Origin: Eledone cirrhosa
Taxonomy: Eukaryota
NCBI GenBank assembly: GCA_964016885.1
Contig: OZ024744.1
Coordinates: forward strand, 69,378,001-69,442,000
DNA length: 64,000 nucleotides
Direction of reading: 5' to 3'
Shown: positions 1 to 15,386 of the stretch, one piece after another
Layout: every line of letters begins with the position of its first letter
Numbering within the stretch: position 1 is the stretch's first letter
Program-made: the position numbers and the translations under genes
Notes under the pieces: model-generated
What the model was told of the DNA's origin: nothing
The model's database searches: none
The model's input: only the letters and a program-made list of their open reading frames with translations

Positions 1-124
1 TCTGATGGCGGTGATGTGAATCAAATTTCTCTGAAGAAAAAAATTTCTCTAAAAAAAAACCCCATTAAAACACTGTCGAAGTAGAGAGAGACATACAGGC
101 AGAGAGAGAGAGAGAGAGACATAC

Positions 125-217
<93 letters not shown>

Positions 218-1099
218 TGAAATGTAAACAAACCACCGACTTAACCACAATATACAGCTTAATCATGGTCTCAAACCATATTTTAAGAATAATTTATCCA
301 AATTCATGAAGTTATCATTAAATAACAAACGCCCGCTTCCCCGCCAACTGTGACGGAAGTATGGAAAAAACAGACGTCCTCATACGAAAAGTTATTCATG
401 ATGAAGCTGGAGACCGTATGAAAACATTTGATAACATATTAGGTAGTTAATTCCTGTCCGTATACAGCTATTACTTTGAGTTGTTTTCCTTCAGCCATAT
501 TACTGATGTCCATATTCAGTGTCATTAAATTCAATATGTAGCTCTATATAATGATCACTTGTATGTTTTACTAACTGAATAGAATGGACTTCATTGAGGA
601 AGTCTAACACGACAGAAGTGCATTTGCTGCTTTCACCAGTTGTCTTTAAAGACCAGAACCACTTCTAACTACATCTATAATGTCTTAAATTTCCATAAAT
701 TGATTTTATTGGAGTTATCTTTCTCACTTGTTATATTTTAAACATCTTCAGTTAATCAATTGTTTCTGAAGATAGATAGCAGAATAAATGTACCTTTTCG
801 AGGCTAATGGGATGGAGTTGAATAACTTCCATCGATCGGTCTACTCATCAATAATTTTGCTCTCTGAAACGATTGTAAAACAATGTATTAATGAACTACT
901 TCACCTTTATATTCTTCCATCGTTTAACATTATATATCACATATGTGAACACCTACTGTATTATGTGATATTAATAGGAATCTTATAACATTCGATTTTC
1001 AATATTTTATAGACATCTAAACATTTCAAGTTCTTTCCTTTGCACTCTTGGTTTTGTTTTACACACACGCTATTTTACTTTTTGTATAAATACTATAAA

Positions 1100-2055
1100 T
1101 GCTTTCAGCACGGTGCACAGAGTTATTCATGACGATCAGAACAAGTTTGTGTAAAGTTTTTTTCCCAGGGTACTCAATGAAGATCAAAGGCAGAGGCGCG
1201 TTGATGACAGCAGAAGGATGGTCGAGTGGATCACTTCGAATCCAAGTGTCTTTGAGTCTCTGGTAACTTGCAAAAAGAGCTGGGCTTACTGTTATGAGCC
1301 AGAGATCAAGAGACAGCGTGCTTAGTGGAAATATTCTGACTCTCCAAGACACAAGAAGGCCAGGCAAAGCAGGTCCATTGGGAAGCTCACGAAGATCCCA
1401 TTCGTGGGGAGCAAGAGCATTATCTACATCCACCGGGTCCCCTACGGCCAGATAGTCAACAATGAGCTCTGTGTAGATGTTTGGAGGTAGTTGAGAAAGA
1501 GATTTCATCGCAAAAGACCAGAACTCTTCAAGTCTGGTCAGTGGCACCTGCACCAGGACAATGTCCCTTGCCACAAATCCATCCTGGTGACCAACTACTT
1601 GGCCTATAAGGGGATCAAGACTGTTGCTCATTCTCTCTATAGACCAGACTTAGCCCCATGCGACTTTTGGATGTTCCCGAAGCTGAAGGAGAAGCTCGGC
1701 GGTATTCGCTTTGAGGGTGTGGAAAAGATGAAGGAGGTTGTGACAAGCACCTTGGAGACCTTCCTTTGGAGGACTAGAAGGGGGTTCTCCAGAAGTGGTT
1801 GAAGCGCTACAAAAAGTCGATTGAAGTTGGAGGATGCTACTTTGAGGGAGACTAAAGTTTTGTGTTGATCTAAGTTTTAAAGGTCTACAGGAAGTGTGGG
1901 GGGGGGGGGGGGGGGGCAGAAGTGGTTGGAGCGCTACAAAAAGTCAATTGAAGTTATAGGATCCTAATTTGAGGAAGACTGGAGTTTTGTGTTGATCTAA
2001 GTTAAATGAATGTCTCACTGATAAAAGGCTCAAAACTTCTTGAGTGTACCTCGTA
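1100..2055 (+). mobile_element. Mariner DNA transposon remnant (decayed D,D34D transposase, 3' TIR)
   Basis: Translated fragments STVHRVIHDD, PRVLNEDQRQRRV, YCYEPEIKRQ, WHLHQDNVPCH, YRPDLAPCDFWMFPKLK (YSPDLAP motif). Ends ...ACCTCG-TA. 3' part duplicated (about 1790-1880 and 1918-2003) around a G run. Confidence 0.9.
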
Positions 2056-2872
2056 TTTACGAACTATCTTCAGTGCACAGGATAATGAAATAACAGAGAC
2101 GGATAACAAAGCTTAGAAGATTACATCAAAATCTCGCAACGCAGAATCAAAGATTTAGACAGCATCGTGACCTGTATGATAGATAAAACAGTTCACAGTA
2201 CATCAACTACATCTTTAGAAATTAATGACTAAAATGTACGGAGATTTTCTACTCTAAATAAAAAAGGGGGGGGGGGGGGCTTAATAATTTCAAAACACGA
2301 ATTCCGGGCGTAGTTGGTTGTCGGAACAAAATACTTCAACGAGCTGGCACTAACCTACAAGTTAGCTTCTAGCCTACAATCTGTACACCGCGTGAACGAA
2401 GAAAAGGAACGACACCGTCAAAACTCCATCACTAATCTCAAGTCGATTCTGTCTATATGATCTGTATCGAATAGCTTCCTGTCAATAAAAGCACTGAACT
2501 CCGTGAAGTATAAATAAATAAATAATAAATAAATAAATAAATAAATAAATAAAATCAATGTATAAATAAATAAATAAAAACAAGAGACAGTAAACAAGAG
2601 ATATGACTTTATTACTAAAAGTTTGTTTTTAAAAAAATATTTTCAATATAATTCCCCACTTGTGGATGCTGGAATCGATGCTCTTTTTAAAAGTACATTC
2701 TCTACCAGTTGCATACAAACAACTGGTCATCCATCATCATCCTTGTAATAATTAAAAGTACATTGATTTTCTTTAATGTTACATTGTTATAAATGGTCAC
2801 AAAGGAATATTCAAAGGATACAGATTGTCTCTGCTTATATTTATTTTGGCATTAAATCAAATGTCATACGTG

Positions 2873-3030
<158 letters not shown>

Positions 3031-3129
3031 ATAAGAGATGTCAACATGAATGGACCTGTTATTTTTATTTAAAGACATTTTTTCAAATTCCAACCCGCCC
3101 GTACCCTCAATCTATCTTATTTCTCATTC

Positions 3130-3168
3130 TTTCGTCTGATGAAGGACTAGCGTCCGAAACGTTAAGAC
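3130..3168 (+). ncRNA. Minimal hammerhead-like motif in a short PLE-type tail
   Basis: CTGATGA-A-GGAC-TAGC-GTCC-GAAA-CGTT; ACGT palindromic stem III; stem I weak. Downstream tail resembles 51690-51765. Confidence 0.6.
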
Positions 3169-3273
3169 CCTCTTCCTGCTATATCAAGCGTTAACATAAT
3201 ATGTACCTTCCATATACTGTACCGATTGTGTTGTTATTTCTGTTTACCTTTTACATACATATATATGTGTGTA

Positions 3274-3344
<71 letters not shown>

Positions 3345-3345
<1 letters not shown>

Positions 3346-3538
3346 TTTCAAGCTATCATGGAACACCATTCTACAAAGAACTCCATATCTTGGGAACAGG
3401 AGAGAATGCAGGTTATGTTCCGGAGAGATCTTGGAAATGACTAAATCTAAGGACGATTTATTGAATAAAAGACAGGAACTGATTATAGTTTGTAATCACC
3501 GTATACGAAAAACATTTAAATACTATAAACCTAATTAA
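3345..3538 (+). pseudogene. Penelope-like GIY-YIG endonuclease C-terminal fragment
   Basis: LSWNTI..ECRLCSGEILE..LLNKRQELIIVCNHR parallels the C-terminus of the GIY-YIG ORF at 61068-61871 (LTWSKI..CNLCLSETLEI..LINLR..CRH). Confidence 0.75.
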
Positions 3539-4156
3539 ATATTCTAAATAGCAACTCACTATAATTCTATATAGCGTAACATTTGTTAGTACCCCTTTCC
3601 CCTAATTATACGCATTCATGCTTATTTCTTACCTTTTAATTTTTTAGCTTCCTTAGATTTATGCGTTAATGACTAAGGGCAACAAGGTACACAACCACCC
3701 GTAATTGCATGAGTAAATATGTATCTATGTATGTATGATATGTGAATATATATATATATGTGTGTGTATGTGTGTATATGCGAGTATATGTGTATGAGTG
3801 TTTATATATGTGTGTGTACATATATGTGTGTGTACATACATATATATATCTGTGTATAGGTGTGTATTTGTAAATGATTATATGCACATGTGTAGATGTA
3901 TGTATATGTTTGCATCTATTTATGTGTATGTATATTTTTAGTTGAGTATCAATATAACTATACCTCTATCTATAATGTGGGTATATGCACTTTGTGATCT
4001 ATGAAATTTATGTGTTTTGACTATGTCAACATGTATTTATCTGAGTTTGATTATTTATACATAGACATACTTGAAAGTATTTTAAGACGTATCATACGCT
4101 GTATTATACTAAGTACAATTTACCACACCGTACTATATTGTGTTACATTATATTAT

Positions 4157-4525
4157 GCGGTGGATTGGCAGTATCGGTAGAGGGTCGGACGCCATGCTTT
4201 CCAGCATAGTTACGTCCCTTTACTATCTGAGTTCAAATCCCGCCGAGGTTGACTTTGCCTTTCATCCTTACGGGGTCGATAAAATAAAGTACCAGTAATG
4301 CACTGGGTAATTGCTGGCCTTGTGCCTAAAGTAGAAACAATTATATTATGCGGTGGATTGGCAGTATCGGTAGAGGGTCGGACGCCATGCTTTGACGCAT
4401 AGAGTTACGGCCCTTGCCATTCTGAGTTCAAATCCCGCCGAGGTTAACTTTGCCTTTCATTCTTATAAAGTAGCAGTAATACACTGGTTAATTGCTGGCC
4501 TTGTGCCAAAAGTAGAAACAATTAT
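4157..4525 (+). mobile_element. Two tandem tRNA-derived SINE copies
   Basis: A-box-like TGGCAGTATCGG, B-box GAGTTCAAATCC, body TTTGCCTTTCAT, tail GGCCTTGTGCC..AGTAGAAAC. ATTATATTAT occurs before, between and after the copies. Confidence 0.9.
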
Positions 4526-4905
4526 ATTATATTATTGTATTTCTGTATTTAATTATCTTATTATAATTTTCATCTTTTAATATACTATCTTTCCTGGTCA
4601 TAACCTTAATTTATATTCACCTAAAAACTCCATACAACACAACTCAACATTTAATTTTTACATTCATTTTGAACTTCACTATACCAGATACATTCAACTA
4701 TCAATTTGACAATCCCTTTCTTCCTAATAGATTTTTTATGGCAATTTTGTTATTAACACCATTCAACCATTCCTTTCAAAGTGAATTATTTTTCATCTTA
4801 ACATCATATGGAATAAAACAATCTGATTGGTTAGTTCTTCAACTACCTCCAAACAAGGTCATAGAACTAAACATAATACTAATTTACTATTTGAATAGAA
4901 TTATT

Positions 4906-5045
4906 ATTGCTTTTGACAACAGCTGGTGATATGCATGTAAGTAAATATTCTCTTTATCTGATATTTTGTAACTAACCTTACATAGATCGATATCGAAGTA
5001 TAGTTACGATGTATTATCATCACCTAGAAACGATCGTAAAGCAGT
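4906..5045 (+). ncRNA. Type I hammerhead ribozyme candidate, U3-A8 core, about 105-nt stem II
   Basis: Stem I ATTGCTT/AAGCAGT; core TTGACAA (4913-4919) and GAAA (5027-5030); stem II includes GGTGAT/ATCACC; stem III palindrome ACGATCGT; GUA site. Lies downstream of, and on the same strand as, the PLE fragment at 3345. Confidence 0.6.
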
Positions 5046-5301
5046 GAAGTATATTTCTAATGACTTGATTTTTTATTTCAAAAAGCCCGAATTAGTACGG
5101 CTAGTAATTCGGGCTGTTAGTTTACAAACACACCGAGCATTATAATAAATGTTCGGTAAACCCATACGTACATATATATATATATGCATGTATGTATATA
5201 CATACTACTGTACGTCTGTATACATATATGTATGTACGTATACATACTTATATTTAAGTTTCAGCCGAACTAAGAGTGAGAAATTAAATTTCATTTTTTC
5301 C

Positions 5302-5349
<48 letters not shown>

Positions 5350-5354
<5 letters not shown>

Positions 5355-5527
5355 AACCAGTAAGACCCCGACGGCTGAGCTCAAGCCGTTTCGACGGCTA
5401 ATTCTGGACAGAATTAGCCGCCGAAACGGCTTGAGCTCAGCCGTCGGGGTCTTACTGGTTCCTATTACCCACTCTACTACTCTTTGGTGCGTTATGGTCC
5501 ACCTGGTTCCTTACCACATTTCCTTCG

Positions 5528-5530
<3 letters not shown>
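5350..5530. mobile_element. Miniature fold-back insertion in (TA)n
   Basis: Arms 5350-5406 and 5409-5465 (1 mismatch) plus a 65-nt tail; TA tracts on both sides; same family at 21068-21155. Confidence 0.85.
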
Positions 5531-5584
<54 letters not shown>

Positions 5585-5715
5585 CATATGCTTACATATT
5601 CATACTTACGGTAATTATTGATGCAATTCATTTCAAGCACTCTACGTACTTTTTCCACATGGGAATGACGGAGTATATTTAGCATCATCTGCAACTACTT
5701 CACATTTTCTTATTC

Positions 5716-5812
<97 letters not shown>

Positions 5813-5967
5813 TCTGTGGTCTTACAACAGCAAAGAAACATCAATGGAACATGGTTCATTTCGTCCTCCTCCTCCTCCTCCTCCTCCTCCTCCTCCTCCT
5901 CCTCCTCCTCCTCCTCCCCCCTCCTCCTCCTCCTCCTCCCCCCTCCTCCGCCTCCTCCTCCTCCTCC

Positions 5968-6015
<48 letters not shown>

Positions 6016-6682
6016 ACATCATGATCAACATCATGATCAACACCATTATCAAGCCTTTTACGTCTACTTTCTTGCTTGAATAATTTGGATGAATCCCCTT
6101 CATCACAGCGTATTGTCAATGGTATTGCGTTCTTTCAGTAACTCCATTGGAATATTCCGCATCCTGTGATCAGCTTCTTATAGCAATTTTGGCCCCATCT
6201 CTTTCAGGGATTATTCCCACTTACTTCTAACCCTTCTGTAACTATACACATACGTTATATGCCGTGACAGCGTACTCTTCTATGTTGGATATAACGGATG
6301 ATTGCTCTAATATCCTGTTTATTTTTTTCAACTCACCTTTACCTCATTCATGTACACCAGGATTTCCCACTCTTTTTTGCGTCATCACCCACTTTCACAT
6401 GGAAACATTTTCCACCGCCCATCTGTATAGTAAATAATCGATAGTATACCAAAAATGTTTAATAAATGTTTGTTACTGATTCTTTATTGCCTCCTGTTTT
6501 TGTGTTGTTTTTATATATATATATATATATATATATAAATATATTGTTGTTTATATATATATATATATATATAAATATATTGTTGTTTATATATATATAT
6601 ATATATATAAATATATTGTTGTTTATATATATATATATATAAATATATTGTTGTTTATATATATATATATATAAAAAAAAAG

Positions 6683-6862
6683 AAAATCAGTGTTGCGACG
6701 AATGGAATTTATTGAGCATATTACAATTGTTTCTCTGGCGACCAGCTCGAGGCACGATCGATCTGATGATCGAACCTGACTGAAAATCGCAAGGTCCTGT
6801 GAGAGCATCGAGTGCTCAAACGGCCTACTGCATACGGACACTTTAAGCATCCAACACCAATT
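6683..6862 (-). mobile_element. Short TA-flanked repeat, PLE-tail-like
   Basis: Shares AATCAGTGTT..AATTTATT..CATATTACA with 21250-21390 and 21430-21650; the minus strand has GAAACAATTGTA (HHR 3' half). Confidence 0.55.
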
Positions 6863-6865
6863 ATT

Positions 6866-6987
<122 letters not shown>

Positions 6988-7269
6988 CGTGCGTGTGTGT
7001 GTGCGCGTGTGTGTGTGTGTGCGTGTGTGTGTGTGTGTGCGCGCACGCGCGCGCGCGCGTGTATACTGGTTCTTTGCAAATCTCCTTTGAATGTTTATTT
7101 CGGGTAGCATATGTTGAAGTATCTTCTCAATACTCAACCTATATCGTCTACAAGAATTTACAATCGCCCACCATTTTCTGTTTACTTGCTCATTGCCTAC
7201 CCAACAATTGAAATTGCCCAGATGTGGGTGATATCACCCAGGTTTGGAAAACCTGACGGACACTAACAG

Positions 7270-7890
7270 GACACACCCATTGAAACAAATGTCATTTATT
7301 TTTTTCAGCTTCCGAATCTCCTCAACATTGGCTACCACGAAACATTGGACCACATACACAAACTCTATATAATCAACCTTTCACTAGAAGAGAGAATCTC
7401 TATTACCTCATCAAGGTAATAGTCCTTGGAACTTATGATCTTGGTAATAAAAGCCATCAAATAACTCCTAGGAGCCTTTCGGAGAAAATTCTTTTTAGTG
7501 GTAATCTGGTTGCTAGTTACTCCTGTATATTTGCCACATGCAAAGTCTACCTTCTCAGTCAGCCTGCCTGTAATCTCATCACCCCTTTTTTCTATACTCT
7601 TTGTTTATATTGACTACGCTGTAAGAAATTTTTACCTTCTTTTTTCCTGTACATTGAACTCAGCCATTTCTCTGATGGCAATAAGTGCCAGCCTTACTTT
7701 GAGGCCTTTTGTTTCCACATCAAGAATCTCTTCATTAGAATTCCTATAGATTCAGCCATATGAATTAAGTCATCAGTATTTAGCAGTTCCTACAGATAGC
7801 CGGTCTTAAACTTCTCCATTATAGACTGGAGAGCAGGACGGGGCTGAGAATCAAGTCTTTATGGTCACCAACCTGCATATTAAATTCCTT
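7270..7890 (-). pseudogene. Decayed RTE-type LINE reverse transcriptase fragment
   Basis: Minus-strand remnants resembling VGVHQGSVLSPLL, ELL(Y)(A)DDLI and GLKVRL..IR. Confidence 0.65.
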
Positions 7891-8394
7891 TATGAACTAA
7901 TAATTAGCCTAACGTAATAATATTTCAAAGCTTTTTTCTTTTCAAATCGGTGACGTAAATGCGCTGCTATCATTCTGAACACACTTTCCTCCTAACAACG
8001 CCTGAATTCCTCCAAATATATTGTTTTGTAAACTGAAACAAAAGACTGACTTTTGGATTTCTTCAGTACTATTTAAACAAGGCGCCTGGCTCACTTCTAG
8101 ATAATTGATATCATAATTTATTGCTTCCTTTACTCCAGTTTTTTCAGGCATGTATTTTAACTTTTATGGTTCTACATACAGTAGTATTCCACCACCATCT
8201 TACCCTTTTGTCTGGCTGGCTCTTTGCTCCAATCATGTGATCCGTGGCGGAAACTCACAGCTGCCATCTCTATGTCATTGTTTCCTTCTTCTTGTCATAG
8301 GCATCCCTAAAACTCTCTAAACCTATGTATTTCAGAGGAGTCTTTCATTTTACAAACCTTTCTTCCCCACCTTGCCTTTACTCTGTAATCATTA

Positions 8395-8520
8395 ATGACG
8401 TGCCTCGCGAGCTGGAATGGCTCTTTCAGCGCGTCTCCCTCACCATCGTCCGGGGAAACGCCTTTTCTATTCTGTCCGCCGGAGTCGCTAGGAGGTCAGC
8501 GCATGGACCCCCATAGTCAC
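8395..8520 (+). pseudogene. CRE-clade non-LTR retrotransposon 3' end fragment
   Basis: RELEWLFQRVSLTIVRGNAFSILS matches the FQRxSxxxxRGNA C-terminal motif of CRE/RLE elements. Confidence 0.7.
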
Positions 8521-8609
8521 AATAGAGACTGCGAGAGCGAGAGAGACGGAGGTAGTGACAGCAGGAGTTTGGTTCTTTTGTGTTCGTACCTGGTGTATAT
8601 ATGTGTATA

Positions 8610-8872
8610 CAAGAGAGAATGAGTCTAAAAGCTGTTTCTTGTACAGTAACTAGTTTACGTAATGCAGTACGTTTCTCATTGAGAGAATACTTAGTATTTA
8701 CAACCAACTGTCTATTCCATTTCATAAAGTGCACGAAGTCAATCTGGTTTGATTGTTCCCTTGATTGGTAGGTGATCAAGTGGCTGGTCGGATTTCTGAA
8801 GTTTGTGTTGGAACTGATGGTTTGATCATTTGCATCACAGAACTTTCGGAACACTGATCCCTTTTCATTCAT
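8610..8872 (-). pseudogene. APE endonuclease fragment of an RTE-type LINE
   Basis: NEKG..FRKFCDANDQTISSNTNF..HLITYQS..NQIDFV. Confidence 0.7.
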
Positions 8873-9738
8873 TGTACTGTTTCTGTAATCACAATATGCT
8901 TCAGAGTAGCCATTCTGGTGCCAACATATCTATTGATGTCACTAGCTAAAAATAATTAAATCGCTGACATTTGTTATCGAGATGAACTACAAGAGTTTCT
9001 CATTAGTCAGTCTCGATTTTGGTTACGTAAGCAGAGATAACAGTTTGTTGTGCTGCTTTCGACTAATCTAGGCTTAATTATTTTGTTGAATGCCTAAATA
9101 TTTATACTGGTCATCTTTATAATGATGAACAGCAGCTGTATTTAAAAACCTTTTCCTCAGATATATAGACGATGTGTGGGAACAAAGGAAATGTTCATAC
9201 CCGATAGCACAATGTGAAAAACCCTCACTCCAACTATTAAAATCACCCCTGTTTCACACAGCGGGTGCTGTAAATATATCATCAAAAGCCCAGAATATAA
9301 ATTGTCTGCAATATCAACAATTGACCGTGTATAGGTATCAGACCTGTCAACCTCTAAAAACCTAAACGAATAGTACCATGAAAATAAGTGCCACAAAACA
9401 GGGAGAAATGAGGCAAAATGGAGAGATTTTACATAATGAAAGCTATGCCAATTTTCATAAGAGAAGACATCTCTCACCAATCCCAAAGTGGGAGGGAGAT
9501 GTTCCCCGTCAAACGGTGAGAATTGACGGGTCTGAGGTATCCTTTCCTGAAAATCGGAGATTACTACTAATTTCGGCCGGTGTAATCTATCTTGGTTGTT
9601 ACATCATATCACACTTCAAAACCTATACTTTAGCACTCTTAGAGGTAGATAAACAGAATCTAGGATATAGTTTTAAAAATCTCTGTACAACTAAAGAGAG
9701 AGAGAGGGAGTGAGAGTGAGAGAGGGAGAGAGAGTGGG

Positions 9739-9849
<111 letters not shown>

Positions 9850-10147
9850 ACATCCTTAAACAACCTCTAAGGTGCCTAAGGTGCGATAATGAATATCGAT
9901 ATATTGGAAAGACATAACTTCTCCTAAAATGTCATCAGCATTTTATCTTCCTCACCAACACCCTGAAGTATATTGAATATCGTTTTGTTACTAAAACAAT
10001 ATGCAATACCATCTGTAGGAAAAAAAGAACTTCCCTAAGGCAAATATAAAAAAAAACATTTCTGATCTTTATCATATTCATTCATTCCAATACACTGAAT
10101 AATGTTAGAATATTCCTACTAGATATAAGCTGTGATCTAAAGCCTTT

Positions 10148-10399
10148 TCATCATCACCACACCATCATTGCCACCACAGTCGAATATTCCTGACAACGTC
10201 TCTCCACAATTCACGATTCCCATTGCTCCTGGCAACTGTTCCTTACTGAGGTTTGTATCATGTGAGACCAAAGCAGTCATCATCATCACCACATCATCAT
10301 TGCGACCACGGTCAAACATTCTTGACAACGTCTATCCACAATTCACGATTTCCATTGCTCCTGGCATCTGTTCCTCAACGAGGTTTCTATCGCGTGAGA
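10148..10399. repeat. Diverged 132-bp tandem duplication (2 units)
   Basis: TCATCATCACCAC..GACAACGTCT.TCCACAATTCACGATT.CCATTGCTCCTGGCA starts at 10148 and 10280. Confidence 0.85.
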
Positions 10400-10622
10400 G
10401 TTGATCGTTGAATGTTCGAGCCGGTCTTCTTGTATTGAGTCTCCCTAGAGTTGGTTCCCACATTAGAACACCCTCATAGTGAGATTTATACATGACGTTT
10501 ATTTTGCATAAACATATTGTATAGACCTTGATATACCACTCTGTTATAAATCACACTGTTAATTATTCCCATTAAAACCTCCAAATATAAACGTAACAGG
10601 TCTGATATAGCTTTATGAAGGA

Positions 10623-10684
<62 letters not shown>

Positions 10685-10686
<2 letters not shown>

Positions 10687-12020
10687 CGGCGATGAATTAG
10701 TTTTGCGAGGTTTTTGATATGAAATCGTGTGTCGAAACAAATATTGTTATATTTGGGGAGGGTCATATTTGTGTAATATTGCCAGAATTAATAACAGAAC
10801 ACACTCACTGTTTGGTTGGTTTTCGCTTTTCGCTTCTGTGTCTTTTATATCGGTTAATTTAATTTATTCGGTCCTCAATGTTGCCATTGACTGACCAACG
10901 GTCAAAAATAATACAGCTACAATATAGACACAAACACATATATATAGTTTATCAAAGTTCTTTCGTTGCACATCTGCAACATCGTCAGTGGTGCTATTGT
11001 TTCCTCCCGTTACATTGTATGTCTACGCCATCTTTATTTAGTCTGTTTATATATTTATTTATTAGTTTATTTTATTTTGTCTTCTTTGCGCATGCGTTTG
11101 CGTGTGTGTATAGTGTTTTGTTTGATGTGTGTTCGTGATTGGGTGACTGTGTATTGGTTAATGTATTCTATCTTTACTAGTGTGTGTTTATATGTGTTTG
11201 TTGTTATTGTGCTTGTGTATGTATTTATTTATTTATTTATCTATTTATTTATACTTCTCTTAGGTCAGTGTTGTTTGTTTGGGTGTTGTTGTTATTCCAT
11301 TCATTCTTTCTGTTTAGTCTTGGTCTTCTAATTTCTATTTCACTGGCCTCTCTGATTTCCCTATCTGCTGGGTCATTTCTATGTTTATATATTATTCTAA
11401 TTTCTATGTTGTCTATGTTACCGTCGTGTTGTTGTCTAGCATGTTCGTATAGTACTGAACCGTTTTTCGTCCTTTTAGTTCCCCCCAGTGTTGCTCTATC
11501 CTCTCACCTATGCTACGAGCTGTCTCGCCTATGTATGTTGTTGTCATGTTTCTGCAAGTACCCTCTGTACATCTTATGCTATAGACTACGTTTCTAGTTT
11601 TACAGTTTATCCGGGGGTTTACCTTACATATGATACATTTCCTATTAGTACAGTGGGTTTTCATAAAAGGGTAGGTTTTGCTGATCAGGGATTTTATGGT
11701 GGTTCCTGGCTTTTCTACCACCTTAATCTTTAAGTGGGTCTTTCTCAGGGCCTTTCTACACTGGTTAGCTAATTTCCCTCCAGGGGTAGCGTCCACAAAC
11801 ATGACACTCTGGTATCTCTGGTTGTCGTACCATGAGGTGTATCTGTATTATTTTTGACCGTTGGTCAGTCAATGGCAACATTGAGGACCAAATAAATTAG
11901 ATTACCGATATAAAAGACACAGAAGCGAAAAGCGAAAACCAACCAAATAGTGAGTGTGTTCTGTTATTAATTCTGGCAATATTACACAAATATGACGCTC
12001 CCTAAGTATAACATTATATA
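10685..12020 (-). mobile_element. 5'-truncated Penelope-like element with inverted terminal duplication, in (TA)n
   Basis: GIY-YIG region 11285-11842 (NVVYSIRC..YIGETARSIGER, frameshift, ..REIREA..LNRKNEW). Inverted arms about 10741-10916 and 11843-12018. TA tracts on both sides. Confidence 0.9.
10952..10992 (-). ncRNA. Hammerhead ribozyme motif in PLE 3' region
   Basis: Minus strand: CTGACGA-T-GTTGCA-GATG-TGCAAC-GAAA-GAAC-TT; perfect 6-bp stem II; same strand as the ORF. Confidence 0.75.
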
Positions 12021-12021
12021 T

Positions 12022-12230
<209 letters not shown>

Positions 12231-12260
12231 TTGAGTATATAATATATATGTATATATGTA

Positions 12261-12359
12261 CGGATCCTCAGTTCGGTCTGATTCAGACCGAACTGAGTAG
12301 GATCCGCATATGGTAAAACATTTGTTCGCCGTATGGTGAACTAACTCTTGTGGAACTAC

Positions 12360-12362
<3 letters not shown>
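12261..12362. mobile_element. Miniature fold-back in (TA)n, related to the 16293-16627 family
   Basis: Hairpin CGGATCCTCAGTTCGGTCTGA/TCAGACCGAACTGAG(TA)GGATCCG; tail TATGGTGAACTAACT shared with 16523-16537. Confidence 0.7.
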
Positions 12363-12418
<56 letters not shown>

Positions 12419-12513
12419 TTTATATATATATTAAAATATGTACAGTTATGGAGTTCATTTACCTATGAGATCTGAACTTTTAATTTTAAAATAGTCAGAA
12501 AGAGAAAAATATT

Positions 12514-12843
12514 GGTTTCTGATTTAGGCACAAGGCAAACAATTTTGGGGGAGGGGAAAGTTGATTAAATCGACCTCTGTACGTTACTGATGCTGTACTT
12601 CATCGACCCCGTAAGGATGAAAGGCAAAGCTAACCTCAGCAGGATTTGAAATGAGCTTGTAAGCCGTAAGCTTTTTCAAAACTTAGAACTTTTCTACCTC
12701 GATTATAAATTTACTTTAGGACGCTACGATATGTTGCTAAATTCTAAGTAAATAATTGTTTCTACTTTTGGCTCAAGGCCAGCAATTATCCCAGTGTATT
12801 ACTGGTACTTTATTTTATCGACTCTGCAAGGATGAAAGGTAAA
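12514..12843 (-). mobile_element. Two partial SINE copies
   Basis: Reverse complements of the SINE body and tail (GGATGAAAGG, GTTTCTACTTT, CAAGG). Confidence 0.8.
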
Positions 12844-13333
12844 CCACGCACACACACACACAAAAAAAAACAAAAAACGTTGATTGGTATCTTGTAAATT
12901 TAATCTGTATGTACAAGTGAAAATACGCAGACCTTTTCTGAAGTTCAATATGTAACTCTATACTTTAGTGTTGTTATCTAAATTCCAGTGATATAATTTC
13001 GTTTCTTAGATAGGGAAACCAGACGTACCCCCCCCCCCCCTATGGCGCATACTTTTTAATACATATATTTTTTTAATTCTTTTATTGTTTTACCTTATTT
13101 CAGTCAATAGTCTGCAGCCATGCCGAGGCACAGATTTAGAGAGATTTAGTCGAGCATATCGACCTCAATGAATGTTTTATTTTTTTTCACAGTCTGATGC
13201 TTATTTTATCAATATGCTTTTGTTGAACATAAACAAATACACATACACACACGGTATAGACATGGGTTTCAACACAATTTTCGTCCACCAAATTTCGCTC
13301 GCAATGGATTAATCAACTTGAAGTTAGAATATA

Positions 13334-13479
13334 CTAGCAGAATGGCCCGGCGCTGCTCGGGATGTGCTCTAGGGTTCTTATATATTTGATATATATTTAT
13401 CCTTATAGAGCCTCGTGAAATAAATACGTTTGTTTATATTTTGTTATTGTGTATGCAAAAATATCTGTACACGAATATA

Positions 13480-13575
<96 letters not shown>

Positions 13576-13698
13576 TAACAGATTAAAGTTTAAACAAAGA
13601 ATCGCCGCTTTCACCCTTAACGGGATCTTCTGAAACTAAAAAAAATTAATCTGTGAAGGCAGAAGTAAATATTTCGAAAAACGTTACACACACACACA

Positions 13699-13772
<74 letters not shown>

Positions 13773-14046
13773 TATATATAGATATATACACACACACATA
13801 TATAGCGTTATAATGTCGTAATGCAGACAGCTAGACATACAGACAGATATTATAAGGGCGCAACGTTATATCTATGTATCTATCTAAAAAAGAGAAAGAC
13901 TAAGAATTATAGAGAGAGATCGCTAAATCGCCTAATGCGGTCCCTAGGGCATTGAAAATTTGAAATATGTTTTGCTCAAAACACTCACAGGACCATAAGT
14001 ATTATAAGGGTGGTTCTCGAGTCAGTCAGACAGACAGACATTCTCT
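13334..14046 (-). mobile_element. Non-autonomous Helitron remnant
   Basis: Minus-strand 3' end has hairpin CCCGAGCAGCGCCGGG then CTAG|T; other end (13928-14046) matches 55963-56107. Confidence 0.75.
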
Positions 14047-14489
14047 GTGGTGGTTGCGATGGTGGTGGTGGTGGTGGTAGTGATGCTGTTGTTGTTGGTG
14101 GTAGTGGTGGTGATGGTGGTGATGGTGGTGGTGGTGATGATGGTGTTGTTGTTGGTGGTAGTGGTGGTGATGGTGGTGATGGTGGTGGTGGTGATGATGG
14201 TGTTGTTGGTGAGAGATGTTGGTTGTGATGGATGTTGGTTGTAACTGTGGAGTTGGTGATGGTGGCGGTTCTGGTCGTGGTAGACGTGACGGCTGTTGTG
14301 ATTGTGATGATGCTGGTGGCGGTGGTGGTGGTGATGTTAGGGGGGGGGGGCGTCATGGTGAAGATTGATTTCCTAATTTATTTTGTTTTGTCTCCATTGC
14401 TTTACGTAACACAACTGATAAAATCTGGGAAACGCCCTGAAGAAAATGAATTGTGGATCTAAGAAAACTCTACATATGTATGTAAATGC

Positions 14490-14555
<66 letters not shown>

Positions 14556-14570
14556 GTATATATATATATG

Positions 14571-14664
<94 letters not shown>

Positions 14665-14749
14665 CATATATATATATATACATATATATACATATATATA
14701 TACATATATACATATATATATACATATATACATATATATATGTAAATGC

Positions 14750-15352
<603 letters not shown>

Positions 15353-15386
15353 ATATGTATATATATATTTAGAAACACACAGATAC

